Shown piece after piece: positions 13,157 through 28,292 of a stretch of 64,000 bases of DNA (position 1 is the stretch's first letter; the number at the start of each line of letters is the position of its first letter). The notes beneath the pieces were generated by a model that saw nothing but the letters and a program-made list of their open reading frames with translations, was not told where the DNA came from and searched no databases. The stretch comes from Heteronotia binoei (taxonomy: Eukaryota): positions 40,920,001 through 40,984,000 of the forward strand of contig NC_083240.1 in the NCBI RefSeq assembly GCF_032191835.1, written 5' to 3'. Position numbers and translations under genes: made by a program.

Positions 13157-13629
13157 CAGGCATGGGCACGAACCAGGGAAAATGATGGTTTGTTACATTT
13201 TGTTCAATTTCTGAACTGGTTTATGGTTCGTTTGGTTCAGGAGGTGTAAAACTCACTGGGAGTCTTCAGGCTTTCCTCTGCCCACCCTCCAGGTTTGGCA
13301 AAGATTGGATTTGGAATGCCCAAGTTGAAGCCCCCCAAAGCAGGTGCCCCCAAGAAAACTCAATTTGTAGCTCTCATGACAACTAACTCTTCTCTCCTCA
13401 TGCTGCAGAATGGTAGTTCTGTGATTGGCTCCCAGACCTGCCAGTCAAGCTATGGACAACTGCTATGGTATTTCCAGGCCTCCCAGTGTTGCCTAGGGAT
13501 TGATTGAATCAGCGCCAGACTGTCGGAGAAAATGCACTGTAAAAATGAACCAAACAAATCACCAAGGTCTGAACTGGTTTGGAATGAACCACAAATCGCG
13601 ATTTGTGCTTTGGTTCGTGCCCACGCCTA
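13157..13629. mobile_element. hAT MITE (TIR aggcatgggcacgaacca)
   Basis: 18-bp TIRs (1 mismatch) and perfect 8-bp TSD ttcacaag; degenerate relative near 4390-4700. Confidence 0.88.
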
Positions 13630-14185
13630 TTCACAAGTGCAGGGTTAGCATAGGTACAGCAGAACAGGACATCAGTATGTAAAGCTGCGCAAGAGGGGTG
13701 TAACTTTTATCAACGTAGAACTGTCAGTTTTGATAACGACTTTTTCGTTTCCAGGATCATTTCAAGGTTTAGATGTTAATCTTTAAAGTTAAGTTTAAAC
13801 TCCCCATCTTGAGTTCAGTGTAGCAGTATCTCTCTTCTGAGCTTTTCCCATCTTACATGCCCTTAAATGTCTGAGGCACTGTGTAGAATTCGCTCCCTTG
13901 TGAAAGCTGCTGGTCTTTTTTTCTTTTCTTTTTTTTTAAAGGAGCAGGGACTTTTCTGTCGTGGCTTCTGTATTAGGGAATGCCCCCCTTGCGAGACCAA
14001 CTTGACTACTTCTGCATCCTTTCTCTATCAGTCTGTCTGTTTATTCCATCAGGTGTTTGCGACCCAGCATGTGGGGGGTGGGTAGTAGGGTTGCTGAAGT
14101 CCTCTCTTTTACTATTAGCAACATGCGCAGGTTACAGCAACTTTCAGAATGCTGAAAATGTAAGGGATGATGAGGAACTCTAAAT

Positions 14186-15028
14186 TATGAGGGCCAGATC
14201 AGACATAAACGAGACCATGTGAGGCCGGGCCATGTGTGTACCTCTTTAAGATTAGGTAGCAAAGATACAAACTTTAGAAAGGACACAGACAAAAACAATT
14301 TTAAAGATTAAATTAAACACAAAATTAAAGATTTTTTTTAAAACAACAATTTTAAAACATTGCTAGAAGAAGAATTGCAGATTTATACCCTGCCCTTCTC
14401 TCTGACTCAGAGGCTCAGAGCGGCTTACAATCTCCTATATCTTCTCCCCTCACAACAGACACCCTGTGAGGTGTGTGGGGCTGGAGAGGGCTTTTACAGC
14501 AGCTGCCCTTTCAAGGACAACCTCTGCCAGATCTATGGCTGACCCAAGGCCATTCCAGCAGCTGCAAGTGGAGGAGTGGGGAATCAAGCCCGGTTCTCCC
14601 AGATAAGAGTCCACGCATTTAACCACTACACCAAACTCATTGGTCTTAAAAGTGTTTTCTCTGTATTTCGCCCATGGGATCCAGAGAACTGGGCAAAGGA
14701 AGCTCTGGCTCTTTCTTGCCTTCCCCAGGGAACCAGGATGGGGAGGAATCTCAGCCAATAGAAGGAAGAGACACTTGGCTCAGTAGCTGTGCTGTTTGAC
14801 TGAGAGAGCCTGGCAAAGCAAGCTCTCCCCCCCTTCTCCCCAAGGGAGGAGCCTCAGCCAATGGAGAAAATAGAGGCTTTGCCCTGTGGCTCCTATACAA
14901 TTGAGCGAGCCTTGCAATGCAAGCTGTTATGCAGAAGGAAGCGAGAGAGAGGGAGAAGGAAGCAGATGACAGCCAGCTATTCAGGGGCCTGATAGAAGCC
15001 CCTTGGGCTGCATGTTTGACACCCCTGC
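14186..15028. mobile_element. hAT (Charlie-like) non-autonomous element with a Squam3-like SINE nested at 14363-14640
   Basis: Ends tttgacacccctg; internal sequence shared with 35062-35473 and 54942-55500. Confidence 0.75.
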
Positions 15029-15129
15029 TCTAAACAGACTTCCCCAAATTGGGTAGATGGGCAACCAAATTAAATGCTGGGGGTGGGGAATAGTTTCACA
15101 AATACGCTGTGGTAAATAGGATTTGAACT

Positions 15130-15905
15130 GCAAAAGGACCCTGAGGTTGTGGTGGATCGCTTGCTGAACATGTCAGCTCTATATAGTGGTGAGAGAGGCA
15201 GATTCCGTGCTAGGAATCCTTAGAAAAGGGGTGAAAACTGAAACTGCCAACATAGCGATGTCTTTATACAAGTCCCTGGTGCAGCTTCCTTTGCAGCTCT
15301 GTACAAGCCTGTTCGCCACATCTCAAAAGAGCTCACAGAAGGGCAGCCAAAACAATCGTGTGATTGCAACACCTGCTCCATGAGGAACGGCTAGGTCATC
15401 TGGGGCTTTTTGGTTTAAAAAACAGCAGCTGGCAGGTGACACGAGAGAGGTCTGCAAAATTACATGTGTACCAGAGATGGAGATCTCTCCCTTTCCCATT
15501 TTACTAGAACTTGGGATCCTCCTTTGAAATGGCCAGTAGGTTCAAGGCAGGCAAAAAGTGCCATTTCATACAATAAGTAAATGGCACAGGAAACGCAGTG
15601 CCATGAGAAGGGGTTTGACAGCCATTGACTTAGATGGACTCGGTCTTAAAAGGCGTTGCACAGGTTCCTGGAGGATTAGTCTGTGATTGGCTGTTAGCCT
15701 TGATAGCTGAATGGGGTCTCCAGGCTCAGAGGCAGACGGCCTGGTGATCAAGTGCTGAGGAGCAGTCGGCAGGTGAGGGCTATTTGCAGGCCCTGCTTGT
15801 GGGCTTCCCTGTGGCTTTTGAGTTGGCTGCTGTTGGGGGCAGGATGCTGGGCTGGGCTAAATGGACTGTTGATCTGATCTGACTTGGCTACTCTTAGTTT
15901 TTTCT
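15130..15905 (+). mobile_element. Old degenerate CR1 3' fragment
   Basis: ORF 15186-15383 resembles CR1 RT C-terminus (LGILRKGV...MSLYKSLV); degraded tail near 15880. Confidence 0.75.
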
Positions 15906-15917
15906 TAGAATAATAAC

Positions 15918-16325
15918 TGTGTGCTGTCAAGTCACAACTGATTCATGGCGACCCCGAGACTGGGATTTTCAGAGCAAGAGATGCTCAGAGGTGGTTTGCC
16001 ATTGCTTGCCTCTGCATAGCAGCCCTGGGCTTCCTTGGTGCATCCAACTACTAACCATGGTCAAGCCTTTGAGTCCAGTGGCACTGTTAAGACCAATGAA
16101 GTTTTTATACCGGTATAAGCTTTTGTGGGTGCACACTTGTTCAGGCATCTGGCAAAGTGTGCGTGCACACAAAAGCTTTTACCCAGGATAAAATTTTGTC
16201 GGCCTTAACAGTGCCACTGGAATCAGACTTTGTTCTGCTGCTTCAGACCAGCACAGTTACTTACCTGAATCCATGGTCAAAATCTGCTTAGCTTTCAAGC
16301 TCCGATGAGATTGTGCTAGTCAAGG
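15918..16325 (-). mobile_element. 5S rRNA-derived SINE interrupted by a PLE fold-back insertion
   Basis: 5S-like ctcatcgg..ttgaaagctaagcag and tggttagtagttggatg on - strand; sibling at 46032-46243. Confidence 0.65.
16065..16270. mobile_element. PLE-derived fold-back element
   Basis: Inverted arms centred near 16147; 10-bp TSD ccatggtcaa (16055-64, 16271-80). Confidence 0.8.
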
Positions 16326-16723
16326 CTATACATGCGGCTAAGTTCTCATTAGGAAAGTCTTCTTAAATACGTGGTTGTGGTAGGACAGTGGCCTTCTTAA
16401 TTAGCTGACAGAGGGAGCTTAGACTCCCAAGAGTCTGAAATCTTGATCTCTACTAAAATCTAGGTCTTCATACTTAGCTGTATGTTGTTTGCTGCTTTGG
16501 GAAGAACCTGAGCTGGAAAGTGAATCATAGAATAGAATCATAAAGTTGGAAGGGACCTCCAGGGTCATCTAGTCGAACCCCCTGCACAATACAGGAAAGT
16601 CACAAACACAAACAAAATATTTCATTTATAGTCAAAGTGGGTTATAAATGAAATAGCTAAATATCTGAATATCTGTATGTGATGATGTTTGGCTGCCCGA
16701 AGCTTCCAGCACTGTTGGAATGA

Positions 16724-16864
<141 letters not shown>

Positions 16865-17300
16865 TGAGCCCGCATGATGAAACAGAAAAGTATTACTCTG
16901 GTTTGGGGGTAATGGCTAAATTTTACCTTTTTGAAACTTGGTGGCTAGGTATTTCCGAGTTTTGGTCTTGCCTGCATATGCAGGGCAAACAGCACAGTTT
17001 TACACTTGGCAAAGGATCCCTAAGGCGCAGGATTTCATATAAGCTGCCTGCATTTGAAAGTGGGTGGAGAGAGACTTGACAGAGGAGCTTCTGTAAATAA
17101 ATTCTTGAGCTAATTACTTGCTTACAAAAGTTCCTAGCCAGCCTGACTCTGCCTGTTAGTCATTCTTAGCCCCTTTCTAGGGTGGAGAGGACCAGGTCTC
17201 TTCTGGTTTGCAAATCTTCCTTGTGTTGTTGCCTATAAAAGATGCTTAGTCACCATAAGGCGATCAGGCAGATGTCTGTTCACAAGCCTGCCTTGATTAA

Positions 17301-17618
<318 letters not shown>

Positions 17619-17789
17619 TAGAGTTATGAGGCCAACATCACCCTTCAGCAAGGCTTAGGCCAGCAGCCTGGGGGACTTGGGAAAACCTGTTGATCAGGGC
17701 CATGAAAGTTATTGCAATGGAAGGGTGTTGTTACACCTGGACCTGCCTTGTTCTGGTTCAGATCACTGATCCATCTAGTACAATACAAT

Positions 17790-18098
17790 AGAGCCAGTTT
17801 GGTGTAGCGGTTAAGCACACAGACTCTTACCTGGGAGAACCGGGGTTGATTCCCCACTCCTTCACTTGCAGCTGCTAGAATGGCCTTGGGTCAGCCAGAG
17901 GTCTTGTGAGAGTTGTCCTTGAAAGGGCAACTTCTGGGAGAGCTCTCTCAGCCCCCCCCCCCACCTCACAGGGTGTCTATTGTGGGGGAAGGAGATTGTA
18001 AGTGTCAAGAGTCTTCCCTTGTGTATTCCTCCTGCCATGCTCTGAGACTCCGATTCAGAGAGAAGGGCGGGGTATAAATCTGCAGACGACTTCTTCTT
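17790..18098 (+). mobile_element. Squam3-like tRNA SINE (opposite orientation to the upstream copies)
   Basis: gagccagtttggtgtagcggttaag head; tail gaagggcggggtataaatctgcag. Confidence 0.88.
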
Positions 18099-18820
18099 CT
18101 CCCAAGGTCTCAGGCAGAGAAAGTTCTTTGCCAGCCCCATTGACTGGATATGCCAGAGGTTGAACTCATGGCTTTCTATGCATAATGTTGAGCCACACCT
18201 TCCATTATTTAATCCTTCATTGTACTTCCTGGGTTGGCTCACATTGAATGGATTAAGGGGACATGGAAATCACCTTACAAGTACAATCTTTTCGGGGAGG
18301 GATGGGGGCGAACTTTAAGTTTTGTGTCCATGGTTCATAAAAATTGCATAGAGTGGGGAATTGTGTTTGCAGTATGCAGCCCCGTTTGCATCACAGTTCT
18401 TGCTCTTCCAGAAGTGCAGCTAGACATTATAGGCTGCTGTCAAAAATAAATGCCCTGTATCTGCCACCTCTCTTTCCCAGTGACATGTTCAAAAAATACG
18501 TGCAATGTTGCCAGCGCCAGCGTTTTCTGCTCTCTTTTATTGGCTGGCCTAACTGCGTGGCAGATAAATGAATTGTCCGCAACTGCTGTACGAGCTCTGC
18601 GGCTGAAAGGCAATTTAAACTGGTGTCCCTTATGTGCGATTGTAGTGCTTGGTCCATTTGCTCCACACCCCAGGAAAGTAACTAAAAAACAACTCGCGCT
18701 ACTTGCAAAGTTGTGCGTTAAGGCCCTTTACATAAGTGATTAGAGAATAGCACGTATAAATTGTGTGCATGCTGAAATATTATGTGGAAATGGTGTTTCA
18801 TTCTGCACTCTTCCTTATGA

Positions 18821-19036
<216 letters not shown>

Positions 19037-19500
19037 TAGGAAATCTGTTGGAGCTGCAAGTTAGGTTTCAAGTGCTGGAAACTTCAGCTTTTATTAGAAC
19101 AGAAATAGGGCTGTTGGGGCCCAGATACTTAATTTGCATTAGGCCAGGGCCTCCCAGGAGACTTGTTATGATGCTTCTAGAAGTCCTTGAGAAAAATAAT
19201 GTAGCGGGCAGCAGTGCCTTCAGTAGGTTTAGTTGGTTCCAGTTGAGAGCTGCCAGTAGAAACTGACCATACAGGGAGCTAATTCTTAAGACTACAGCAT
19301 GCGGAGCTGATCCAAAACATTTGGCTGTTTTGCAAAAGGGTTTACATAAAGAATTGTGATAATAACCTTGAACGAAGCTTAAAAAGAGACAAAATCATAA
19401 ATGCCAGTGCAGCATTCCTTCTATTCTTCTAATCCCTTCTCTTCCATCCTCTTTTGCTTCAAAATACTGTATGAACTGTATTTAGCCTAAGCATAGTTGA

Positions 19501-19842
<342 letters not shown>

Positions 19843-19964
19843 TGAAATCGGATATGAGCATCATGTTTTGTTTTGTTTTGTTTTTAATAAAGAACAGGGC
19901 TAGGGTGGGGACCATGTCTTGCAGTCCAGAGTCAAGAGATGACTGCTTTAATTTATGCAAAGGG

Positions 19965-20945
19965 TTTAAAATATAACAAAATAGCTCAGTAAACTAACCA
20001 AGTTAGAGCGGCCTGGGAAACAAGCAGTATAAAATCACAAATAGGCAGAAAGGTAGGAAGAGGATGGGGAAATGAGGTAAAATTCCCTTGAAAGCCATGA
20101 TGAGCAAAAACATTTTGGCCTGCCACCTGAAAGCTAGTAACGTAGGTGCAAGGCGAGCTTCAAGCAAGAGTGCTGGAATGCCGCTGTGGTGCCACCATTG
20201 CGGAGGCCCTGCCTCTAGTTAAACCCACCTCACTTTCATGGCCAGAGCACCAGGAGTAATACCTTAACCAGCAAGCTGCAGTATATGAGAGAAGGTGGTC
20301 CTTCAGATACCTTAAGGCAGGGGTCCTCAACCTACGGCCCGCGGGCCAGATGCGGCCCGCTGAGGACGTTTATGCGGCCCGCCGGGTTATGGCAAAATCA
20401 GACTGGAAGTGACGTTCGACCTAAACTTGCATTTGCAACGCACACTTCCGGCACTGGGCTGAGGCGACGGAGATAGAGTGTGAGCTGATACCGAGGTGAG
20501 GTGAGTTCCCAGGCCAGGGTGTGTGGTGTGGGGAAGGGAGAGAGATGCAGAAGACGGAGAACTGACGGTCCGCGGCCTTGTACAGTAACGGCATTCCGGC
20601 CCTCCAACAGTCTGAGGGACAGTGAACTAGCCCCCTATTTAAAAAGGTTGAGGACCCCTGCCTTAAGGCCTTAAAAGTAATACCCCCCCCCCCCGGATTC
20701 TAAATTGTGCGTGGTAACTGATAAGCAGCAGTGCAGTTCCTTCAGCACAGAAGTGAAATGATCCCTGCATCCATTCCTCAACAGCAACCTGGCCAACATA
20801 GTTTGAACTAATAAGAGGAGTCTGTAGCCCTGAATAAAGCGCATTGCAGTAATCTAACTGGATATAATCTGAACATGGCTAAATCATGCCTTTCGGGGAG
20901 CAGCCTTGGCTGGTGTATCTGCTGAAGCGGATTAAAGATGCCATG
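19965..20945 (-). mobile_element. Old L2 LINE 3' fragment
   Basis: - strand encodes an LDYCNALYSGL-like motif near 20825-20860; split by a MITE. Confidence 0.6.
20318..20660. mobile_element. Young hAT (Charlie-like) MITE
   Basis: TIR caggggtcctcaacct/aggttgaggacccctg; perfect TSD ccttaagg; CpG-rich. Confidence 0.92.
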
Positions 20946-21097
20946 GGGGGCGGGGGGCAGCAACAATTATAAACTTGCTCTTTCAAGCAGGTGTAGGGAG
21001 GGCTCTCTCTGTAGGGCTGGTTGTCTCTTCATTAATTTAGCAGCTTTACCATTAGCCAGCCCCTGAACTGTACTTTTGTGGGTTCCTGGCCTTTTCA

Positions 21098-21310
21098 TAG
21101 AATCACAGAGTTGGAAGGGACCTCCAGGGTCATCTAGTTCATTCACCTGCACAACACAGGAAATTCACAAATAACCCCCCCTTCACACACACACACACAC
21201 ACACACACAATGACCCCTGTTCCATGCCCAGGAGATGGTGCAAAAAACCCCCACCACCCTTGGCCCAAACAGGCCTGGAGAAAAATTGCTCCCTGACCCC
21301 ATTTTCACAG
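21098..21310 (-). mobile_element. CR1 3' tail fragment with (CA)n at 21186-21209
   Basis: catagaatcacagagttggaagggacctccagggtcatctag; also at 16527-16600. Confidence 0.75.
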
Positions 21311-21603
21311 GGCTGTTTTTATGGATGGGGAAATGGGGTTATGACAGACCTGCTTTTAAGTTTGCTGTGTGGCCTCTTCCCAGTTCCTGCACACGTTTTC
21401 TTAGAATGAAGTCCTGTGCCTTCCATCTCCGCCTTAAGAAACTAAGAATTAAAAATGGATGTGTTGCTTTTTCTCTTTTTTAAATTTGTGGGTTGCTTTG
21501 TATTTTAGTTCCTCCACATTTAGCACATTGTTCTGCTCAGAGATGAAACGAACAGTTTGTTTACCTGGTTTGGGGGTCTTGACTGCTCCGTAATGTTTTT
21601 TAG

Positions 21604-21882
<279 letters not shown>

Positions 21883-23506
21883 TGAATTATTTTGAAATGG
21901 AATTTTGTGTGTATTTGCCTTTTTATCCTGCCCTTTTCTCCCAGGAGCACAGGGCAACATGCACTGTCCCTCCTGTTTCATCCTAACAACAGTCTTGTGA
22001 TGATGGTTTAAGCTGGGAGAGATGATGGGAGAGAGTGCGTAATCGGCCCAAGGTCACCTAGCAAACTTTATGCCAGAGGGGAGATTTGATCTTGGGTCTC
22101 CCTGCTTGTGCTCTGGAACTCTCACTACTACATCAGACTGGTTAAAACGAATGTTCCGCTCACGAAGAAGGCACTGGTGCTGCTCAGCTGCCTCTGTACA
22201 GGTTTGTGTCCCTTGGACACATAGAAAAAAATGAATATAGTTGAATCTCAAAGCAGGTCTCTTACAAGTTTTTTCTGATGTCAGGGCAGCTCATTGGTGG
22301 GTCTGCCTGTTAATAATACGTGACGGGCAGGGTGGGTTCTGCCTCTTTTCTCAAAGCAACCGTGAGGGCAGATGACAGAAGGAGACTTGAAAACAGAAGT
22401 AAAAAACCCCAAGAGTTTAGGAGTTAGTAGCGGAGAAGCTGACAGCTTAAGGGCTGAGGTGAAAAGGGATTTTTCTCACTGAGGGGAACAGTGTAAAAGA
22501 GCTGCTTGGAAAAAAGCTGAAAACGGTAAATTCCTAACTAAAGGATCTCAGTTGTAGGTACAGAACCTCAGTTCAAAAATTCCGTGGAAGTGAAACATGT
22601 CTTTCCTCAGTGTTTTGTTCTTATAAAGAAGTATCTTGCTTTGATTAACCCTGTGGGCTGCGTCTCTAAGGGGAAGAAGCACACACGCAATTTAATATCT
22701 CTGTCTCCGTACATATATTCTACAATATAAATGAATGGTGGCAGCGACTGATTGGAACAGTATTTGAACTTGTCCCCAATAGCTCAGTGTGAGCGAGGGC
22801 TAAATATTAAAGCGGGCTGGGCTTACGCCGTCTGTGGATGTTTCTGGGAGAGAGGACCCGAAGTGTGAGTTGGTCATGACTCTGGATTTTAAAAGAGACA
22901 AGAACGATGATGAGTGTGACATTCTGACCTAAATATAACCTGTAACCTGGATGAGAGGTTGTAGAAGGTGGAAGGCGCTCTGTGAGTGGAGAAGGGACGT
23001 CGTGCAAGAGCGGAGGATTTAGGAGCGTTTTCTGACAAAGAGTGCTTTGACTTCTGAAAGATCATACCCTGAAAATTGTGTTGGTCTCTGAAACGCTGCT
23101 GGACTCTAATCTAGCTGTTTTACTGAGTATCAACCTGCCCTACATAGAGTACTGCAGTACCTTATTTCTCACAATGAGTGCAGCATCGGGTGATGTCAAG
23201 TATTGTAACTAGGTGGGGGGGGGGCACAGATGTTTGTTTCTAAAAGTCAGTCTATGTGTCTGTCTGTCTGTGTATCTCTCTCTCTTTGTCCTTGTTATCA
23301 TTTTAACTTTTTATCTGACACCGCCCCTCCCCATCCAGGGGAGGCATTGTTTTTCAGTGCAGTTGGGTACAGTGAGCTTTTCCTGGTGGCAATAGGACTC
23401 CTGTACTGCTCCAGGGATTTTCCCCTGCCGAGCATTTCTCTGCCTAGAGTCTTCATGCCCTTGCTGCCAAAGCTGTTTTTAAGTTGATCACCAGCGGTGT
23501 GTATAA

Positions 23507-23662
<156 letters not shown>

Positions 23663-23816
23663 TAGGGCTGGAATGCAGAGAGCCAGCAGGATCCGTACCC
23701 CTCCTCCCGGAGTCCGCAGTGCTTGCTGGAAATCCCTGTTGGTGCAAGCTCTTGAATATCCTGTAAGAGAGAGAGTGCCTCTCTTTGCTAAACTTGTTTT
23801 TTTTTACTGGAGTCTG

Positions 23817-24023
23817 ATTCAGGTGGGTTGCCTTTTAGTCTGAAGTAGCAGAACCAAGTTTTGAGTCCAGTGCCATCTTAAAGATCAACAAAATTTTATT
23901 CATGTATAAGCTGTTGAGTGCAGGCTTTCTGTATCTGAAGATGTGTGCTTGCCCATGAAAGCTTATACCTTGAATAAAACTTTGTTGGTCTTAAAGATGC
24001 CACCGGAATCAAACTTTGTTTTG
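23817..24023. mobile_element. PLE-derived fold-back element
   Basis: Inverted arms centred near 23930; 10-bp TSD ctggagtctg. Confidence 0.8.
23931..23968 (+). ncRNA. Minimal hammerhead motif, sense to RPS6KB1 intron 13
   Basis: gtat CTGAAGA t gtgtgc-tt-gcccat GAAAGCTT atac; stem II weakened. Confidence 0.5.
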
Positions 24024-24062
24024 CTGGAGTCTGCATAAGAAAGACGGGGCGTAAATCACATT

Positions 24063-24270
24063 GAACATATGAAGCTGCCTTATACTGAATCAGACTCTGG
24101 GTCCATCAAAGTCAGTATTGTCTACTCAGACTGGCAGCAGCTCTCCAGGGTCTCAAGCTGAAGTTTTTCACACTTATTTGCCTGGACCCTTTTTAGTTGG
24201 AGATGCCAAGGACTGAACCTGGGACCTTCTGCTTACCAAGCAGATGCTCTACCACTGAGCCATCGTCCCT
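24063..24270 (-). mobile_element. Squam2-like tRNA SINE
   Basis: Head on - strand ggctcagtggtagagcatctgc...ggttcagtcc. Confidence 0.85.
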
Positions 24271-25534
24271 CCCCTTTCCTAGAAACATTCCTAGAAACTC
24301 CAGCTCTCCCTGCTGCTTTGCTACAAGGTGTGTTCAAATCCATCTTTCCTTCTCTCCCTATTTTTTATTTGGTTGCTGCCTGTGTGTTACATGTCCAATT
24401 GGCAACTGACTTTCTGGGAAGGCCACATCAAGGGAAGGGGGAAGCCACCACTGAAAAATAAATTGCCAAAATTGCTGTAGTCATCAGTCACGCCTGGCCT
24501 CTCCTGAAACTGACCATCTCTACCCAGTCCAGATCTAAGAGACCTCAGAGCTCCGGCGGCACCAGCTTGGAAACTATGCACATAAACCAATAGTGCAACC
24601 TGTTGTTGTTTTTTTAATGTGATTTTAAACTGTTTTATTAATGTTTGTACTGATATGTTTTAGAACCTTCTTCTGATCGGCCCTGAGCCTGTAGCGGAGA
24701 AGGCAGAATATAAATTGACATAAATAAATTTGTCTGTGTTTACATATGGGGGCTGTTGTCTGCAGAGTGAAGTCGTTGGTCAGTTTAGCTCAGTATTGTC
24801 CACAGTGTTCTGCAGTGTTCTCAGCATCTCATGCACCTCCTGCCTAAAATCCACTAACACCTGACAGTGAAGATTAAAGGTGGGACTTCCTATCTGCAGA
24901 GGTGTGCCTTCCTGTCTGCAGCCCACAGGAAAACAAAGCTGTAATATTAATTGGTTGGGGATGGCTGAGCAGTCGCTTCTAGTTCAACCCAAACAAAGAT
25001 GTGAGGGGCCCAGCCAACTTTTTCACACACATTCTCCCAGTTCCCCTCCCCTTAATATAGTACCCATCCCACATGGCTTTCGCCCACTTAGATCCTGCAG
25101 TTCTCAGCAGAGCAGTTTTGGGTGGTCAAAGGAGATCCCTCATTCCTCTTTAACTCTTGGGAAATGTTGACTTGATCCAGCCTTCTGTCTCCTATTAGAT
25201 TTTTCTAAGGCTTGTATATCAGTAGTAGAGGAAGCTCCCAGGTCCAGCCTGTGGCATTTCTGGTTGTAAAAGCCCCTCTGTCTGAGTCTGGTGAGCCGCT
25301 AACAGTCATAAACAGTACTGGCTAGCAAACTGAGATCTGGTGTTAGCAGTTAAATGTACATTAATGCCCTCTTAGTAGCAAGAGACAAATTTGACCGTTC
25401 TGTGTGAATGGTTTAAGATGGGGGGGAGGGGTGACACAGGGAGAAATGGGAGTTGGTTCTGGGGTTCAGGTTTTGGAACATTGCCAAGGGTGTTCTTTCT
25501 GGTGGGCTTAGCAGCTGTTTTCCTTATCTTCTAG

Positions 25535-25647
25535 GGCTTTACATACGTGGCTCCCTCCGTACTTGAAAGCGTAAAAGAAAAGTTTTCCTTTGAACCAAAA
25601 ATCCGATCGCCCCGCAGATTCATCGGCAGCCCACGGACACCAGTCAG
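25535..25647 (+). CDS. RPS6KB1: S6K1 exon 14 (GFTYVAPSVLESVKEKFSFEPKIRSPRRFIGSPRTPV-S)
   Basis: ttctag| and |gtactt; 113 nt; hydrophobic motif FL|GFTY and autoinhibitory SP/TP sites. Confidence 0.98.
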
Positions 25648-26510
25648 GTACTTCACCCCACCCCTAGTGCTTAACTCTTGTTAGGTGTCCTTTGCCTCCA
25701 CAAAACCTTACATTGCCCAGCAAGAAATTAGTGCTCTTATACTGCTGTTACTTAGAATGCTTCAGCCCTTGCCGCTTGGGGTTAAATTGCCTCCGCAATA
25801 TAAGAGCTGTGGCCAAAGAGAATAGTAGTACCATCGAGTTGGCCTTGCTTTCTGCGTTAGGCATTTGACATTTCACAGAAGGAATTCTTTTTCCCCCATC
25901 GCAGGCCTGAAAAGGGGAGCGTCAGGCATGTCAGTCTAGCCCCAGAGCTCCAAGATCGGTTTCCTTCCTCCCACTGATCAACTAATGCAGTCCAGTGCTT
26001 GGCATTTTGATCTGCTTTATAGGTTAGGCTGGAAGGGTGTTTGTTACAGAGGCCTGATCTAAAAGCTGGCAGATTTTCAGTACTCTGTTTGTTTCAACAC
26101 CCTTCTCCCTCCTTTCAAGATGAACAGGTGCAGTCAGTTCAGTTACCTTATTTTGCTCCTCGTGTAAGTAACTCAAAGCAGATGTGAAGGGTTGTTATAC
26201 GTTAAGTAATTTTCAGGAATGATCCTATCCATCCTTCTGATTCCCCCTCTGAAGTAGGATGTGAATTCCATTTTACGAAATGAGGAACCAAGGCTGAGAA
26301 TGTCTTGCTGACGGTGGACCTCAGCTGTCCATGTTCATGTCTGCAGTCTTCTGCTGACAGCTTCTGGTTGCAGGTAGCTGTAAAAATGAGAACACAGGAG
26401 CAAGCGACTGAAGTGGCCACACTTGATAACTTCTTCTTTTCAGAGTTTGAAAGCAGGCAGTGCAGTACATCAAGTAAAACTCCGTAATGGACCTTTCTTG
26501 TCTTTTGAAG

Positions 26511-26748
26511 CCCCGTCAAGTTCTCTCCCGGGGACTTCTGGGGACGAGGTCCTTCTGCCGGCGTGACAAACCCTCAGACGCCTGTGGAGTATCCGATGGA
26601 GACAGGTGGGATTGAACAGATGGACGTGACGGTATGCGGCGAGGCCTCAGCTCCACTTCCCATCCGGCAACCCAACACCGGGCCGTACAAAAAACAAGCC
26701 TTCCCCATGATTTCCAAACGACCAGAGCACTTGCGCATGAATCTATGA
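26511..26748 (+). CDS. RPS6KB1: S6K1 terminal coding exon 15 (...KRPEHLRMNL*)
   Basis: ttgaag| acceptor; 238 nt to TGA; C-terminus matches recalled S6K1 end. Confidence 0.98.
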
Positions 26749-28282
26749 CACAACCGATGGCAAATCATTTCCAAAACCTGCTTTGGGCGGTGCAAGGAAG
26801 AGATGGCAGACTGCCAACAGCCCCCTTCCCATCCGGGGGAAACAGGAGGGCTTCTTTCTCAGATAGTGGCAGTGTCGCGGTGGGTCATTGCGCAAAGTAG
26901 ACTGGGAAAGAGAAGCAAAATCCCATGGATCTTTTTCCCCTCTTTTTTTTTCCTTCTCTGAATCAATGGTGCATAAAACGAAAGGACCTGGAGCAAAATG
27001 GTGTAAAGCTGTAGGTGCAGCGGTTTAAGAGTTTTGCAGTGTGACGTCCTTTGCAGTTGATCAAGGGTGTGATAGCTTGCAGTTGACAGTGTTAAGGGTA
27101 GAACGTTGCTGTGGCGTCGTTCTGTGAAAGGGGTAACCCGTTTTGCTGGGCAAGCGTGCACAATTCCTCCTCTGGTACTGGCCTCTGAAGGATTAATTCG
27201 CACGGAGGCTTATTTGGATGGCTTCCTACGGTGGTGTGGAATGGAAGATCCAAGATAAACTCCACCATAGGTGTTCCACATGCAAAAAAAAAAAATCTAA
27301 ACAAATGTTTTTTTATATAAATATATATTTTTCAAATAGATTTTTTTTTCTTTTTCTCACATTGGCTCATTATGGAAAATATCCCAAACTTGGAAAATGC
27401 AGAATTATTGGTTCGATGCACAAAATAGAAAAGCGGACTTAAATTTGTTTTGCTACTGAAACGATGGAAGTGGTGAAAAAAGAAAACAAAAAACGCTGTT
27501 AATTATGTTGTTGGGATTGGTGGGGGGGAGCTTGGGTGGGGGTGGAACATACCCTGCCTACCCTCTCTTGCTACAAGAAACAGATCAGGTCATCTATGCT
27601 AAAACCTAAGCCAACCTGGAAGCTGTGTGCTCCAGTCTCATGCCTCTAGTGTCCACTTGAGGTTCCACATAAACAGGGCCCCCCCTCTGCTGGCACAGAG
27701 TTCTGTGGGTGCATCAAGAGTCCCACGGAGTTTTTGATCGCTGCCACGAGCTTATATTGTGCCGTCATGCATTTCATCAACCTAAGCGGAAACTTTGCCG
27801 TCAAAACCTCTTTTGCGTTACGCTGGTTTAAAACCTCAAGGTTCCAGAGTATACTCAGATTTCTTGAGCCACCGAAAAAGATGTAAACAGAGTTGGAAAA
27901 GGGGTGTGGTTTCACGTGTGCAAGCATGAACATTCATCAGCGTGTTACTGATTTAGAAAGAAACAATTGCGCTGGCCGCACGAGTCAGATGGAGAGATGG
28001 TTCGTTTTAACACGTCTCTGCTCCATTACGCATCTCCACGATCGCTTACAATAACTGTTTTCCAGTGGTGGGGCTGTCCATCTGCTGATTGTATTTAAAA
28101 AAAAAAAAAAAGTATTAAGATGGCCTTCAACGAATGTCTTCCAGAGAACTTTTTTTTTGCAACTTTTAATTTTAGGAAACGTTCAATAGATTTACTATTT
28201 TATGTTTCTGCGATTGTTGTTGGAGAAACGAAGCAAAACGGGGAAAAAAAAATATGTACACGTGACTTTACAGGTACAAAGA

Positions 28283-28292
28283 ATTAAATAAA
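28283..28292 (+). terminator. RPS6KB1: Candidate proximal poly(A) signal of RPS6KB1 (overlapping ATTAAA/AATAAA)
   Basis: attaaataaa about 1.5 kb after the stop codon, following an AU-rich UTR-like tract. Confidence 0.55.

Noticed and set aside
17790-17860. tRNA genes at SINE heads
   Set aside because: A/B boxes are present but there is no full cloverleaf, and each continues into a SINE body.
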